Source: an uncultured Gemmatimonadales bacterium
GTDB taxonomy: Bacteria; Gemmatimonadota; Gemmatimonadetes; Gemmatimonadales; GWC2-71-9
Reading direction: 5' to 3'
DNA length: 64,000 bases
Assembly: GCA_963825055.1 (NCBI GenBank)
Contig: CAWGSK010000013.1
Location: 192,001-256,000, forward strand
How positions within the stretch are numbered: position 1 is the stretch's first letter; each line of letters opens with the position of its first letter. Shown here one piece after another: positions 30,835 to 41,325 of the stretch. The notes below the pieces were generated by a model that worked only from the letters and a program-made list of their open reading frames with translations, searched no databases and was not told the origin of the DNA. Made by a program: the position numbers and the translations under genes.

Positions 30835-32912
30835 GCGCGGACGTCGGGGGTGAAGGAGCGGGCGATGGCGTGCAGGTTGCTCGCGACCGCCTCGAGCTCC
30901 CGCACCGAGCGTTCCATCTCCGCGTGGCCTGCCGTCGCCTCGGAGGCACGGGCAGCCATGTCCTCGGCTTCCGCCAGCATGCTGGTGGAGACGGTGGTCA
31001 GGTCCTCGATCTGCTTGCGCAGCCGGCTGAAGGCCACCTCCTGCTCGGCGGCGGTCTCCGCGATCTGCCTCCCGTAGGTGCCCGCGCTGTCGGTCGCGCG
31101 CACAATGGCGGAGAGCGCATCGGCGGCACCCGCGCTGACGTCCTCCACCCCTTCCACGATCTGCTCGCCGCGCGCCATCTGTCGCGTGATGTCTTCCACC
31201 TTGCCCGCGATGCTGGCCACGAGCACCCCCGCTTCCCGCGACGCCTCGGCGCTCTGCGCGGCGAGCTGGCGCACCTCATCGGCCACCACCGCGAACCCCT
31301 GCCCCTGCCGGCCGGCGCGTGCCGCCTCGATGGCGGCGTTGAGCGCAATGAGGTTGGTCAGGTCGGCAATCTCGCGGATGCTGCCGATGAAGCCGGTAAT
31401 CCGCTCCGACACCCTGCCGAGTTCCTCCACCTGCCGGCTGCTGCCCGTCACGAAGTTCTTGAGCTGCACCAGGCGCGCGACGGCATCAAGGATCGTCTCG
31501 CGGCTCTGCCGGGCCACCTCGCTCGCCGCCGCCGCGCTCTCCGCGGCCCGGGCCCCCTCGGCCGCCATCGCCCCGGCGGCATGTGCCAGCGTTGCAGTCG
31601 CGGCAAGGCCGTCCTCCATCGCGCGGCCCTGGGAGCCCATGGCGGCCCGGATGGTGGCCGAGGCCGTGGCCACGGCGGTCGTGGTCCTGCGGAGGATGTC
31701 GATATTCTCGCCGAAGGCCCGGACCTGGCCGCCGATCTTCTCGACGGTCGAGACCAGCGGGCGTCGCAGGTCGGAGATGTGGATCGCGGTCGCGAGCTGG
31801 TTGGCGAAGGTTGCCACGGCTTCCAGGTCCCGCTGGCGGTAGGCGTGCCGCTTGTGGTGCTCGAGTTCCAGGGTTCCGATCACTTCCTCGCCGAAAGTCA
31901 GCGGGGCGATCAGGATGCTCCGGGCCTGCGGGGTCGAGCTGGAAACACGTGGATCCTTCGTGGCATCCGGGATGATGAGCGGCTCTCCGCCCAGCAGCAC
32001 GGTGTTTCGGAGCTCCAGCATCTCCGGAATCGTCTCGTCCCGGTTATCACGGCCGTACACCCCACGGTATACCAGGGCGGGCCCATCCGGCTGCATCCGG
32101 AACACGCGCATGTCGCCCCAGTCGAGGAGCCGGTGGGCCAGCCGTTCCATCTCCGCGAAGGAATCCTGGAGGCTCAGGTTGCCGGCGATGACCTTCTCGC
32201 GCACATGAACCTTGTTGAGCTCCTCCGCGCCGATGGCGTCCTCGAGGATCCGCTTGGTAAGCAGCCCGATCACACCGAGGACCAGCACGACCGTGAGCCA
32301 GCCCAGCGGGCTCAGGCCGCGGACAGAGGCGACGAGGATCACCGACGCGGTGACCGTGAGGAGGTACGTCAGCAGTTCGTACCGCAGGATCACGAGCCGC
32401 TCGTCGCTCTCCAGCTTCTCCCGGAAGAGAAGCGTGAAGTAGAACATCGAGCGGCTGGTGAAGAAGTACGCCGCGAGGAGGGTGAACGCCGCGGGCAGGT
32501 AGTCCAGTGACAGGCTCTGCGCCCCGGTCAGCCGCAGGACCATGACGTAGATGCCGAACGCGGAGACGAACGCGGTCGCTTCCCGGCCGGCATTGATGAA
32601 GCTCGCCAGGGTGGACTTCCGGACCCACAGGAGGTCGGCCAGGAGGACGCCGCCCCAGAGTGAGATCGCCACCGCGCCGGGTCCGAGCGTCACGGCACCG
32701 ACCAGCGCGGGGACCCCGATCTGGGTGAGGTAGGCGTACTTGGTGAGGGAAACCTGCCCGCCCCGGAGGGCCACGACCCCGACCAGCAGGAGCAGCGTCG
32801 GCAGCGGATTGGCGAGCCAGCTGGGATCGAGCAGCGCGGCGCCCACCACCAGGATCGGGCCGCCGAAGGTCAGCGCGCGCGCGTAGCCGTCCACCAGCTG
32901 GCGAACCGTCAC
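30831..32912 (-). CDS. Methyl-accepting chemotaxis-like protein (multi-TM sensor + GAF + MA domain)
   Basis: About 6-7 hydrophobic segments; GAF (DATKDPR...RSILIAPL); MA hairpin [34 protein letters not shown]. Confidence 0.88.
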   Translation of the reverse strand: MTVRQLVDGYARALTFGGPILVVGAALLDPSWLANPLPTLLLLVGVVALRGGQVSLTKYAYLTQIGVPALVGAVTLGPGAVAISLWGGVLLADLLWVRKSTLASFINAGREATAFVSAFGIYVMVLRLTGAQSLSLDYLPAAFTLLAAYFFTSRSMFYFTLLFREKLESDERLVILRYELLTYLLTVTASVILVASVRGLSPLGWLTVVLVLGVIGLLTKRILEDAIGAEELNKVHVREKVIAGNLSLQDSFAEMERLAHRLLDWGDMRVFRMQPDGPALVYRGVYGRDNRDETIPEMLELRNTVLLGGEPLIIPDATKDPRVSSSTPQARSILIAPLTFGEEVIGTLELEHHKRHAYRQRDLEAVATFANQLATAIHISDLRRPLVSTVEKIGGQVRAFGENIDILRRTTTAVATASATIRAAMGSQGRAMEDGLAATATLAHAAGAMAAEGARAAESAAAASEVARQSRETILDAVARLVQLKNFVTGSSRQVEELGRVSERITGFIGSIREIADLTNLIALNAAIEAARAGRQGQGFAVVADEVRQLAAQSAEASREAGVLVASIAGKVEDITRQMARGEQIVEGVEDVSAGAADALSAIVRATDSAGTYGRQIAETAAEQEVAFSRLRKQIEDLTTVSTSMLAEAEDMAARASEATAGHAEMERSVRELEAVASNLHAIARSFTPDVRA

Positions 32913-33703
32913 GCCGCCTCCGTCAGTCCGTCCAGCGCCCCGCGAAGCTCGCGCAGGAAGCCGAGCCCCGCGTCGGCTCCGCCGCGATCGAGCCTGTCCA
33001 CCAGCGCGCTGCCCACGACCACGCCGTCCGCCAGCCGCCCCACCTGCCGGACCTGGGCGGCGGTGGAGATTCCGAACCCGACGGCCACCGGCAGCGTTGT
33101 GTGGTGCCGGACCCGCGCGATGGACTCCGCCAGCGCCGGGTCCAGCCCCGGGCTCGCTCCGGTTACGCCGAGGCGGGCGATGAGGTACAGGAACCCGGTG
33201 GCGTCCCGGGCGATGTCGGCAAGCCGTGCGTCGCTCGTGGTCGGCGCCACCAGCCGGATCAGGTCCAGCGGGCTGTCGCGGATGGCGGTTTCCGTCTCGT
33301 GGTCCCGGCCCGCGGGCAGGTCGGTCAGCAGCAGGCCCGCGACCCCGAGGCCCGCCGCATCGGCCAGGAAGCGCCCCAGACCGTACTGAAGGATGGGATT
33401 GAGGTAGCTGAACAGCACGACGGGACAGGACGGGGGCGAGTCTGCAAGGAGGTCGAGCGTGGCCTCGAGCGTCATCCCTCGCGCCAGCGCGTCATGCGCG
33501 GCGCGCTGGATCACGGGGCCATCCGCCAGGGGGTCACTGAACGGCACGCCGAGTTCGAGCACATCGGCCACCTCTCCGGCGGCCCGGAGGACCGCCCGCG
33601 TCACTTCGCGATCCGGATGGCCCGCGGTCACGTACGGGATGAGCGCGGGTCGCCCCTCCGACCGCAGGCGCTGGAATCGCCGCTGGAGCCGACGGTCAGA
33701 CAA
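32909..33703 (-). CDS. trpA: Tryptophan synthase alpha subunit
   Basis: [27 protein letters not shown] and DGVVVGSA motifs. Confidence 0.96.
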   Translation of the reverse strand: MSDRRLQRRFQRLRSEGRPALIPYVTAGHPDREVTRAVLRAAGEVADVLELGVPFSDPLADGPVIQRAAHDALARGMTLEATLDLLADSPPSCPVVLFSYLNPILQYGLGRFLADAAGLGVAGLLLTDLPAGRDHETETAIRDSPLDLIRLVAPTTSDARLADIARDATGFLYLIARLGVTGASPGLDPALAESIARVRHHTTLPVAVGFGISTAAQVRQVGRLADGVVVGSALVDRLDRGGADAGLGFLRELRGALDGLTEAA

Positions 33704-35153
33704 AGTAGTCGCCGACCGTAAGGCCGTACCGGTCCGGATTGGTCACCTTGACGATAGAGCGAACGTAGCCTCCCAGTCCATCCTCCTCGGCCAGGTTCCA
33801 CGGCTGGCCCGGTGCCGCCACCACGGCGCCATCCACGTCGATGGCGATCCGGATGAGCGGCCGGTTCAGGCGCTCGGAATCGGGATTGGTCGCGGCGACG
33901 ATGGCGATCTCGAAGGTATCGAGGATGACGCACGTCCCGACCGGGTAGATCCCGATCATGTTGATCATGGCCTTCACGATGATCGGGTCAAGACCCCGCC
34001 GGGGATTCTCCCACATCTCGCGCAGCACCTCGTCCGGCTGGATCGGCACCGTCTGGTAGGAGCGTCGCGTCGTGGCGGCGTCAAATCCATCGGCCACGGA
34101 AACGATGCGCGAGAACAGGCCGAGCTCGCGCTCGCGGATCGTGCGCGGATAGCCCGTCAGGTCCGTCTTCATGTGGTGCTCGTGAGCCACCAGGATGGAC
34201 CGCTGCGGGATTTCGCCGTAGCTCCGCATCTCGAACAGCGTCAGCGCACCGAGCCACGGGTGCTGCTGCATCAGCAGCCACTCGGACTCGTCCAGGCCAC
34301 CGGCCTTGTTCAGGATTTCGAGCGGGATGCGTGCCTTGCCGATGTCGTGCAGGAGCGCCGCGAGGCCGAGGTCATACAGCTGGATCCGGTTGAAGCCCAG
34401 CTTCTTCCCCAGGGCCACGGAGAAGATGCAGACGTTCACCGAGTGCGCGAAGGTGTACTCGTCGTAGTCGCGAATCGTGGTCAGGCCGATGAGCGACGTC
34501 TCGTTGTTGAGCACCTGGTCGACGATGCCCTGGAGCACCCGCTTCACCTTCTTGAGGCTCGCGGTGCGTCCCATCCGGACGCTGTTCACGACTTCCTTGG
34601 TCACCGCGACGCCCTGGGCGTACACCCGCTTCGCCGCCTCACGGGCCTCCTCGTCCTCGTCGAGCGAGTCGGCCGTCTCGACCAGCGGCTCAACGTCCAG
34701 GTGCCGGACGTTGCCCTGGTCGAGACGCAGCCGGAGCTCCGCGTAGCGGTCCTGCGGTGCCTCGCGCTCCACCAGGCTCAGCAGGAGGCTGATGAAGATC
34801 TGCCATTCGCGGCGCTCGATGCCGGGCCGGATCCACAGCGTCCCGACCTGGAAGGAGCGCAGCGTCGTGAGGATGTAGCTGAAGGAGGCGTAGTTGTCGA
34901 GCTCGAGCCGGAGCCGGGTGGAATTAATGAAGATGAAGTCGCCCGACAAGCGGATCTCGATATCCTCGCCCTCGTCGGACAGCAGGCTGCTGGCCGCGGT
35001 CTGGAGGTCGTCCAGCGCCTTTTGCGGGGTCGGGTTCTCGATCGGATAGAGCTTGAGGCTCCGGAGCCCGGCATAGAACGCGAGCAGGAGCCCGCGCCCG
35101 CTCTGGCGGAGCGCGCCTTCGCTCCCCGCAGGCCGCCCGCCGGCCTCGGTCAC
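33696..35153 (-). CDS. HD-GYP cyclic-di-GMP phosphodiesterase with uncharacterised N-domain
   Basis: YTFAHSVNV, LHDIGK, HP..G, HH...D..GYP, VADGFDA and YPVG motifs. Confidence 0.9.
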   Translation of the reverse strand: MTEAGGRPAGSEGALRQSGRGLLLAFYAGLRSLKLYPIENPTPQKALDDLQTAASSLLSDEGEDIEIRLSGDFIFINSTRLRLELDNYASFSYILTTLRSFQVGTLWIRPGIERREWQIFISLLLSLVEREAPQDRYAELRLRLDQGNVRHLDVEPLVETADSLDEDEEAREAAKRVYAQGVAVTKEVVNSVRMGRTASLKKVKRVLQGIVDQVLNNETSLIGLTTIRDYDEYTFAHSVNVCIFSVALGKKLGFNRIQLYDLGLAALLHDIGKARIPLEILNKAGGLDESEWLLMQQHPWLGALTLFEMRSYGEIPQRSILVAHEHHMKTDLTGYPRTIRERELGLFSRIVSVADGFDAATTRRSYQTVPIQPDEVLREMWENPRRGLDPIIVKAMINMIGIYPVGTCVILDTFEIAIVAATNPDSERLNRPLIRIAIDVDGAVVAAPGQPWNLAEEDGLGGYVRSIVKVTNPDRYGLTVGDYFV

Positions 35154-36850
35154 TGGCGCATCTCCCGGAGGCCCTTCACGGCCGCATTCCGGACCAGGAG
35201 TTCCTTGTCCTGGCGCACCTGCTCGAGGATTTCGCGCGCCTCGGGCGATCCGAGCCGGGCCAGGGCCATGGCCGCGCAGGCACGGGTCTCCGGTTTTTCC
35301 TTCCGGCTGAAAAAGCCCCGGGGCAGGAGCATGTCACGCAGGACAGGTACTGACGGCGGACCGGCAATCAGTGCGTACGCCTCGAAAAAGGCCATCCGCT
35401 CGGTGAGATCCGCCTGCCGCAGCGCCCGTCCCTTCACGGCCTGCTCCACTTTCGGCAGCACGCTGCGGTAGCCCCTGGCCCCGAGGGCCTTGATTGCGGC
35501 CACGCGGACCTCCCGCTCGGGATCCTCGATCGCCTGCTCGAGCTGGGACATCGCGCCGGGCGAGCCGATCTCGGCCAGGGCCCGCGCGGTCGCCGAGCGA
35601 ATGGCCGGCTCCGGATTCTGCATGGTCAAGCCCAGCCCCTGAACCGCGCCCTGCAGCTTGAGGCGCCCCGCCAGATCAATGGTACCCGCCAGGGCCGGTG
35701 AATCCGGCTGGCCCAGGAGACGCACGACCTCGCCTGGATTGCCGCCGGCGAGCCGTTCCGCGGAAGCCACCAGAAGGTCGCGCATGGTGTGCGAGGTGAT
35801 CCGCGGGAGCCAGACCATGATGGTCTCGAGCGCCTCCGGACGCAGCTCCCGGAACAGCTCGCCCAGGTCCGCCTCGCTCGGCGCGGCAATGGCCTCGTCC
35901 ACCGCCTGGAGGAGCTGGGTCAGGACGGTCGGGCGGCTCAGCATCGCACGGAACTGCTCCAGGTGCTGCAGCTGCTCCTCGCCCAGCGACTTGCTGCGCT
36001 GCCGGATGACACGCAACTCGGTCAGGACCATCGCCACCGCACGGAATTCTGCCGCGTTGAGCAGGTTCGGGAGCAGCGCCTCGAGGATCCCGAGCACCTC
36101 GGCGGTCACCGCGGGTTCGGGCTGAATCTCAAGCATGTCCAGCAGGATGTTGAGCGTCTGTGCCCGGTGGTTCGTGGCGTATTCCTGCGCCAGCAGTTCC
36201 GCGACGTGGCGAACCTCCGCTTCGTCCAGGAAGTACAGCGTGGAATCGAACTCCTCGACATCCACGATGCCGGCGTCGCGGGGAGCCGCCTCTTCCCGCA
36301 CCTGCTGCTGCCGGGCATCGGTGACCTCACCGGCATTTGCCTCCTCCGCGGACACCCCGGTTTCCGAACGGCTCGGCAGGCCGGACTCGAGGGGCTCGGT
36401 GAGGAAATCGGTGAAGCGATACCGGATCAGCTGGAAGTCCTGCGCCCAGAGCAGCGTCCCGAGGTCGTCATCGGCGTCGGCCGGGAGGCTCCGCACCTGG
36501 CGGACGACCTCGAGGAACCGGAGCACCTCCTCGCGCTCCGCCCCCTGGTCGAACGTCAGGACCCGCATGCCGTCCTTGAACAGCGTCCACGCCAGGCTCT
36601 CCGACTTGGAGTGGCCGCCGTACACGACGGTATCGTCCCAGGTGAAGTCAGTCTCCGCCACCACGAGCGTCAATTCGGGCAGGTTTTCCCAGATCGGCAC
36701 GAAGGCACTGGCCAGGTTGTCGCCCGCACGCTGGTACATGGGGTTGTTCGGGAGGTACATCTGGAACGCCTTGAGCGCGCGGATCAGCGCGCGAATCAGC
36801 TCCTCGACGGCCGGGGCGCCGAATTCAGCGGCGGTCTTCGATGATGTCAT
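35150..36850 (-). CDS. HEAT-repeat protein
   Basis: Repeated IRSATARAL, VRVAAIKAL, TRACAAMAL and VRNAAVKGL helices; ATG overlaps the trpB stop. Confidence 0.82.
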   Translation of the reverse strand: MTSSKTAAEFGAPAVEELIRALIRALKAFQMYLPNNPMYQRAGDNLASAFVPIWENLPELTLVVAETDFTWDDTVVYGGHSKSESLAWTLFKDGMRVLTFDQGAEREEVLRFLEVVRQVRSLPADADDDLGTLLWAQDFQLIRYRFTDFLTEPLESGLPSRSETGVSAEEANAGEVTDARQQQVREEAAPRDAGIVDVEEFDSTLYFLDEAEVRHVAELLAQEYATNHRAQTLNILLDMLEIQPEPAVTAEVLGILEALLPNLLNAAEFRAVAMVLTELRVIRQRSKSLGEEQLQHLEQFRAMLSRPTVLTQLLQAVDEAIAAPSEADLGELFRELRPEALETIMVWLPRITSHTMRDLLVASAERLAGGNPGEVVRLLGQPDSPALAGTIDLAGRLKLQGAVQGLGLTMQNPEPAIRSATARALAEIGSPGAMSQLEQAIEDPEREVRVAAIKALGARGYRSVLPKVEQAVKGRALRQADLTERMAFFEAYALIAGPPSVPVLRDMLLPRGFFSRKEKPETRACAAMALARLGSPEAREILEQVRQDKELLVRNAAVKGLREMRQ

Positions 36851-38049
36851 CAGCCGGCTCCCTGCCGGGCGGCCACCTGGGCCACGTCCTTGTCGCCCCG
36901 GCCGCTCAGGCACACCAGCACATGCGCATCGGCGGGCCATGCACCGCGCTGCTGCTCGAGCCAGGCGAAGGCGTGGGCCGTTTCCAGCGCGGGGATGATC
37001 CCCTCGAGCCGGCTCACCCGGCCGAAGGCCGCAAGGGCATCGGCGTCGGCGACGGAGACATAGCGCACCCGCTCCATATCCCGGAGCCAGCTGTGCTCGG
37101 GCCCGACCCCCGGGTAGTCGAGTCCGGCCGCGACCGAGTGCGCCGCCGCCACCTGCCCGTCGTCGTCCTGCAGCAGGTAGCTGAGGCAGCCATGCAGCAC
37201 GCCGGGCCTTCCGGCGGAGAGGGTGGCGGCATGGTGCCCGCTGGCCGGACCGTCGCCGGCGGCCTCGACGCCAACCAGTGACACCTCATCGTCACGCAGG
37301 AATCCGCTGAAGATCCCGATCGCATTCGAGCCACCACCGACACAGGCCACGATGGTGTCGGGCAACCGCTCGTACCGTTCGAGCATCTGGGCCCGCGCCT
37401 CAGTGCCGATCACGCTCTGGAAGTCCCGGACGATGCGGGGGAACGGTTCGGGGCCGACAACGCTGCCCAGGATGTAGTGCGTGTCGGGCACCCGGGTCAC
37501 CCAGTCGCGCAGCGCCTCATTCGTGGCGTCCTTGAGGGTCCGGGTTCCTGAAGTAACCGGCACGACCGTCGCGCCAAGCAGCTCCATGCGGTACACGTTC
37601 AGGGACTGCCGCTCGATATCCTCCGCCCCCATGTAGACCACGCATTCGAGCCCGAAGCGCGCGCACACCGTGGCCGTGGCCACGCCATGCTGTCCCGCCC
37701 CGGTTTCGGCGATGATCCGGCGCTTGCCCATCCGGAGGGCGAGGAGCGCCTGACCCACGGTGTTGTTGATCTTGTGGGCGCCGGTGTGGTTCAGGTCCTC
37801 GCGCTTCAGGATCACGCGGCAGCCGATCCGCTCGCCCAGGCGGGGCGCCTCGGTCAGGGGCGAGGGACGCCCGACGTATTCGCGGAGGACCTGTTCGTAC
37901 TCCGACCAGAAGGCGGGATCATTCCGCACGCCGTCGTAGAGGGCCGCGAGGTCGTCCAGCGCGGCCACGAGTGTTTCGGGCACATACTGGCCGCCATACG
38001 GCCCGAAGCGTCCCCGGGTCCCGGTTTCAGGCGGCGGAAGTACTGGCAC
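36850..38049 (-). CDS. trpB: Tryptophan synthase beta subunit
   Basis: [17 protein letters not shown] (PLP Lys), [14 protein letters not shown] and SGRGDKD motifs; GGAGG 6 nt before GTG 38049. Confidence 0.97.
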   Translation of the reverse strand: MPVLPPPETGTRGRFGPYGGQYVPETLVAALDDLAALYDGVRNDPAFWSEYEQVLREYVGRPSPLTEAPRLGERIGCRVILKREDLNHTGAHKINNTVGQALLALRMGKRRIIAETGAGQHGVATATVCARFGLECVVYMGAEDIERQSLNVYRMELLGATVVPVTSGTRTLKDATNEALRDWVTRVPDTHYILGSVVGPEPFPRIVRDFQSVIGTEARAQMLERYERLPDTIVACVGGGSNAIGIFSGFLRDDEVSLVGVEAAGDGPASGHHAATLSAGRPGVLHGCLSYLLQDDDGQVAAAHSVAAGLDYPGVGPEHSWLRDMERVRYVSVADADALAAFGRVSRLEGIIPALETAHAFAWLEQQRGAWPADAHVLVCLSGRGDKDVAQVAARQGAG

Positions 38050-38668
38050 GCACAGCCTCCACGAAACGGCGGATACGCCCCGGGTCCTTGACCCCGGGAC
38101 GGAGTTCCACTCCTGAACTGACGTCGACGACTTCGGGTTGGACAGCATTAACCGCCCGGGCGACGGACGCCCGGGTGAGACCGCCGGCCAGGACCATCAT
38201 CCTGTTCCGCAGCCTGTGGCGTGCGGAGCGGGCAAGTCCCAAATCTAATGAAATACCCGCACCGCCGGGCAGGTTGGGCACCCGCGGCTCAACCAGCACC
38301 GCCGTTCCGGCCAGACCGGAGCCAAGCCCGGAGAGATCCCCCTCGCCCGCCAGCCGCACCACTCGCCACACCAGCAGCCCCTCGTCCTCCAGGCGCAGGG
38401 CCGCCGCATCGTCGTACGGCCCGTGCAGCTGGGCGCCCGCCAGTCCCATCCCATCACGCTCGCGCAGGATCACCTCCACCGTCGTCGTGGTATACACGCC
38501 GAGCACCGGAACCCCGTCGGAGGCCGCAACGACGTCACGGGTCTGCGCGGCGCTGGTGGCCCTCGGTCCGGCGTCGCGCACCACGCCGAGGAATCGGGCT
38601 CCGGCCATGACCGCGGCTCGCACGTCCGCGGCCCGCGTCAGGCCGCAGATCTTGACCTCAACGGCCAC
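38027..38668 (-). CDS. trpF: Phosphoribosylanthranilate isomerase
   Basis: VKICGLT, QLHG, LAGGL and DVSSGVE...KD motifs. Confidence 0.92.
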   Translation of the reverse strand: MAVEVKICGLTRAADVRAAVMAGARFLGVVRDAGPRATSAAQTRDVVAASDGVPVLGVYTTTTVEVILRERDGMGLAGAQLHGPYDDAAALRLEDEGLLVWRVVRLAGEGDLSGLGSGLAGTAVLVEPRVPNLPGGAGISLDLGLARSARHRLRNRMMVLAGGLTRASVARAVNAVQPEVVDVSSGVELRPGVKDPGRIRRFVEAVRASTSAA

Positions 38669-39443
38669 TTCGCGGCACCCCGCTGAGCTCCCGCAGCAGC
38701 GTTCCCGGCGACGACGCCCGGGAGAGCGCGGTACCGACGAGCACGGCATCAGCCCCGGCGGCCGCCGCCCGCTCCACGTCCGCTCTGGACGACATCCCGC
38801 TCTCCGCCACCGCGATCCGATCAGACGGAATGCCGTCCAGCAAGTCCCACGCAGCCGGGTCGGTCCGGAACGTTGTGAGGTCCCGGCTGTTGATGCCGAT
38901 CACCCGTGCGCCCGCCTCCAGGGCGGTGTCCAGCTCTGCCGCATCATGGGCCTCCACCAGCGCGGTGAGCCCCAGATCCGACGCACAGGCCTGGAGCGCC
39001 GCGAGCCGCGCCGGGCCGAGGGCGCGGACGATGAGCAGCACGCCGGAAGCCCCCCACGACCGCGCCTCCGCGATCTGCGCCTCGTGGAGGATGAAGTCCT
39101 TGCGCAACACTGGAACGCCCGCACTGCTGCTCACCTGCCGCAGATCGGCCCCACTTCCACCGAAATAGACCCCTTCGGTAAGCACCGAAATCGCCGAGGC
39201 ACCGTTGGCAGCGTATTCCCGCGCGTGGACCACGGGGTCGAGGTCGGCGGAAATCGTTCCCTCTGAAGGACTTCGCCGCTTGACCTCCGCTATGACTGCC
39301 ACCAGTGGCCCCGATAGTGCATTGACGAGGTCCGGCGGGTCCGGTGCAGCCCGGGCCGCCCGGAACATGGCCCTGGACTCGCGATCGAGGCCGGGCAGGC
39401 GGGCCCGCACGGTTTCGAGAATCTGGTCGAGATGATCCGCCAT
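38658..39443 (-). CDS. trpC: Indole-3-glycerol phosphate synthase
   Basis: IAEVKRRSPSEG, ISVLTE, LRKDF, GINSRDL and AESG motifs. Confidence 0.95.
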   Translation of the reverse strand: MADHLDQILETVRARLPGLDRESRAMFRAARAAPDPPDLVNALSGPLVAVIAEVKRRSPSEGTISADLDPVVHAREYAANGASAISVLTEGVYFGGSGADLRQVSSSAGVPVLRKDFILHEAQIAEARSWGASGVLLIVRALGPARLAALQACASDLGLTALVEAHDAAELDTALEAGARVIGINSRDLTTFRTDPAAWDLLDGIPSDRIAVAESGMSSRADVERAAAAGADAVLVGTALSRASSPGTLLRELSGVPRSGR

Positions 39444-39444
39444 C

Positions 39445-39473
39445 TTGCCCTTCGGGACTCTTTCGGGTAGATT
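39445..39473 (+). promoter_or_regulatory. Sigma70-type promoter of lexA
   Basis: TTGCCC (39445-50), N17, TAGATT (39468-73); RBS GGAGGA at 39505-10. Confidence 0.65.
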
Positions 39474-39492
39474 CAATTCGGGATCTATTCGG
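39451..39492 (+). promoter_or_regulatory. Two candidate LexA operators (TTCGGGA-N4-TTCGG)
   Basis: TTCGGGActctTTCGG at 39451-66 and TTCGGGAtctaTTCGG at 39477-92; extra half-site TTCGG at 39502-06. Confidence 0.6.
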
Positions 39493-39514
39493 CCAGCATT
39501 GTTCGGAGGACAGC

Positions 39515-40123
39515 ATGCCGCTCACCAGGCGCCAGAGCGAAATCCTGACGTACCTCAGGTCATACATCGATGACCGGGGGTACGCGCCAAGCTTCGAGGA
39601 AATCGCCGAGCAGTTCAGTTACCAGTCGCTCGCCACCGTGCATGAGCACCTGACCAACCTCGAGCGCAAGGGCTACATCCACCGCACGCACAACGAGAGC
39701 CGGGCCATCGAGGTCCTGCCCCCCCGCGGCCTGGCCACGGCCACGGAAATCCCGCTCCTCGGCAAGGTCGCCGCCGGTACCCCCATCGAGTCCCTGATGC
39801 ATGAGGAGACCGTCGCCGTGCCGGACGAACTCCTCCCCCGGCGCGGCCCGAACTACGGCCTGCGGGTTCAGGGGGATTCCATGATCGAGGAGCACATCAT
39901 GGACGGAGACGTCGTCGTCGTGCACGGCCGGCAGGCTGCGGAGAACGGCGAGATGGTCATCGCGCTCGTAAACGGCTCCGAGGCCACGGTCAAGAAATTC
40001 TATCGCGAGACCGGCGGCTGGATCCGGCTGCAGCCGGCCAACGCCACCATGCAGCCCATGCGCTTCCAGGAGCGGGACGTCCTCATCCAAGGTGTCGTCG
40101 TCGGGGTCATCCGCAAGTACTGA
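39515..40123 (+). CDS. lexA: SOS transcriptional repressor LexA
   Basis: wHTH LTRRQ..IL...PSFEEIA...SLATVHEHL..LERKGYI; VAAG cleavage site; GDSM (Ser) and ATVKK (Lys) dyad. Confidence 0.96.
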   Translation: MPLTRRQSEILTYLRSYIDDRGYAPSFEEIAEQFSYQSLATVHEHLTNLERKGYIHRTHNESRAIEVLPPRGLATATEIPLLGKVAAGTPIESLMHEETVAVPDELLPRRGPNYGLRVQGDSMIEEHIMDGDVVVVHGRQAAENGEMVIALVNGSEATVKKFYRETGGWIRLQPANATMQPMRFQERDVLIQGVVVGVIRKY

Positions 40124-40126
40124 GCG

Positions 40127-41176
40127 TCACACGGCGGTGTGGGGAGCGAGGGCCCGGATCCGGTCAAGCACCGCCCGGGCCCTTCCCGCATCCACCGCCG
40201 CCCGCGCGCGCTCCAGCGCCTCCTCGAACGGCATGTCGAGCGCGACGTACAGCGCCGCCGCCGCGTTGAGCAGGACCGCCGAGCGCGCCGGGCCGTCCCC
40301 ATTCCCACTGAAGACCGACTCGATCCGGCGGGCATTCTCCGCCGGTTCCCCCCCGGCCATCGGCCCCAGTTCCGGGCAGGCCTCGCCGTAGTTCGCGGGG
40401 TCGAGCGTCCATTTCTCGATCTTCCCCTTCCGGATCTCCCAGACACTGGTCCGCCCTGCCGGGCTGATCTCGTCCATGCCGACGTCTGCGTGGATTACCA
40501 GGGCGTGCACCGCACCGAGACGCGCGAAGCTCTGGGCGATGACGGCGCACCGCGAGCGGTCGGAGACACCCATGACCTGACGTCCCGCCCCCGCCGGGTT
40601 CACCAGTGGGCCCACCATGTTCATGACCGTGGTGACGCCGAGCGCGTGGCGCACCGGCGCGACGTGGCGCAACGCGGGGTGGTAGGCGGGAGCGAAGAGG
40701 AACATGAAGTTCGTGTCCTCCAGCACGCGCAGGGCTTCCGCCGGGGGCAACGCGATGTCCACACCCAGGGCTTCCAGCACGTCCGCCGAGCCACACCGTG
40801 ACGTTGCGCTCCGGTTACCGTGTTTGGCGACCCTCGCCCCCGCGCTGGCCGCGACCAGTGCCGCGGCCGTGGAGATGTTGAACGTGCCGACCGCGCCTCC
40901 CCCGGTGCCGGCGGTATCGACGAGTCCCTCCGCCCCGGGAACCTCGACCCGCACCATCGCCTCGCGGAGCGCCAGCGCCGCGCCCGAGATCTCGTCGGCG
41001 GTTTCGCCCTTCACCCGGAGGCCGAAGAGGAGGGCCGCCGTCTCTTCGGCTGAGGCGCCGCCGGCCATCAGAGTGCGGAAGGCGCCGACGGCTTCCTCCT
41101 GGTTCAGGGAATCACCCTGCCCCAGACGGTCGAGCGCCAGCCTGAGCGGCGCGATGGGAGTGGCTGGCTGCGACAC
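40127..41176 (-). CDS. trpD: Anthranilate phosphoribosyltransferase
   Basis: DTAGTGG, FNIST, KHGNRS.TS..GSADVLE and DEIS motifs. Confidence 0.95.
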   Translation of the reverse strand: MSQPATPIAPLRLALDRLGQGDSLNQEEAVGAFRTLMAGGASAEETAALLFGLRVKGETADEISGAALALREAMVRVEVPGAEGLVDTAGTGGGAVGTFNISTAAALVAASAGARVAKHGNRSATSRCGSADVLEALGVDIALPPAEALRVLEDTNFMFLFAPAYHPALRHVAPVRHALGVTTVMNMVGPLVNPAGAGRQVMGVSDRSRCAVIAQSFARLGAVHALVIHADVGMDEISPAGRTSVWEIRKGKIEKWTLDPANYGEACPELGPMAGGEPAENARRIESVFSGNGDGPARSAVLLNAAAALYVALDMPFEEALERARAAVDAGRARAVLDRIRALAPHTAV

Positions 41177-41289
41177 GAATCGTGGGGATTGAAGGGTTTG
41201 GGGGCGGGGCGGCCAGGCCGATGCCGCGCCCAGGCAAAACGTACCCGCCGAAAGGCTCTTTTGTCAATTCTGACAACGATTTGCGGTGC

Positions 41290-41318
41290 TTGCTCCGGTA
41301 CCCGTCCGCGGCTAGATT
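41290..41318 (+). promoter_or_regulatory. Probable leaderless promoter of truA
   Basis: TTGCTC-N17-TAGATT, 7 nt before GTG 41326; no Shine-Dalgarno sequence. Confidence 0.55.
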
Positions 41319-41325
41319 CCGCGCC

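Noticed and set aside
41177..41289. Trp attenuator leader peptide upstream of trpD
   Set aside because: No short ORF with tandem Trp codons or terminator/antiterminator pair was found.
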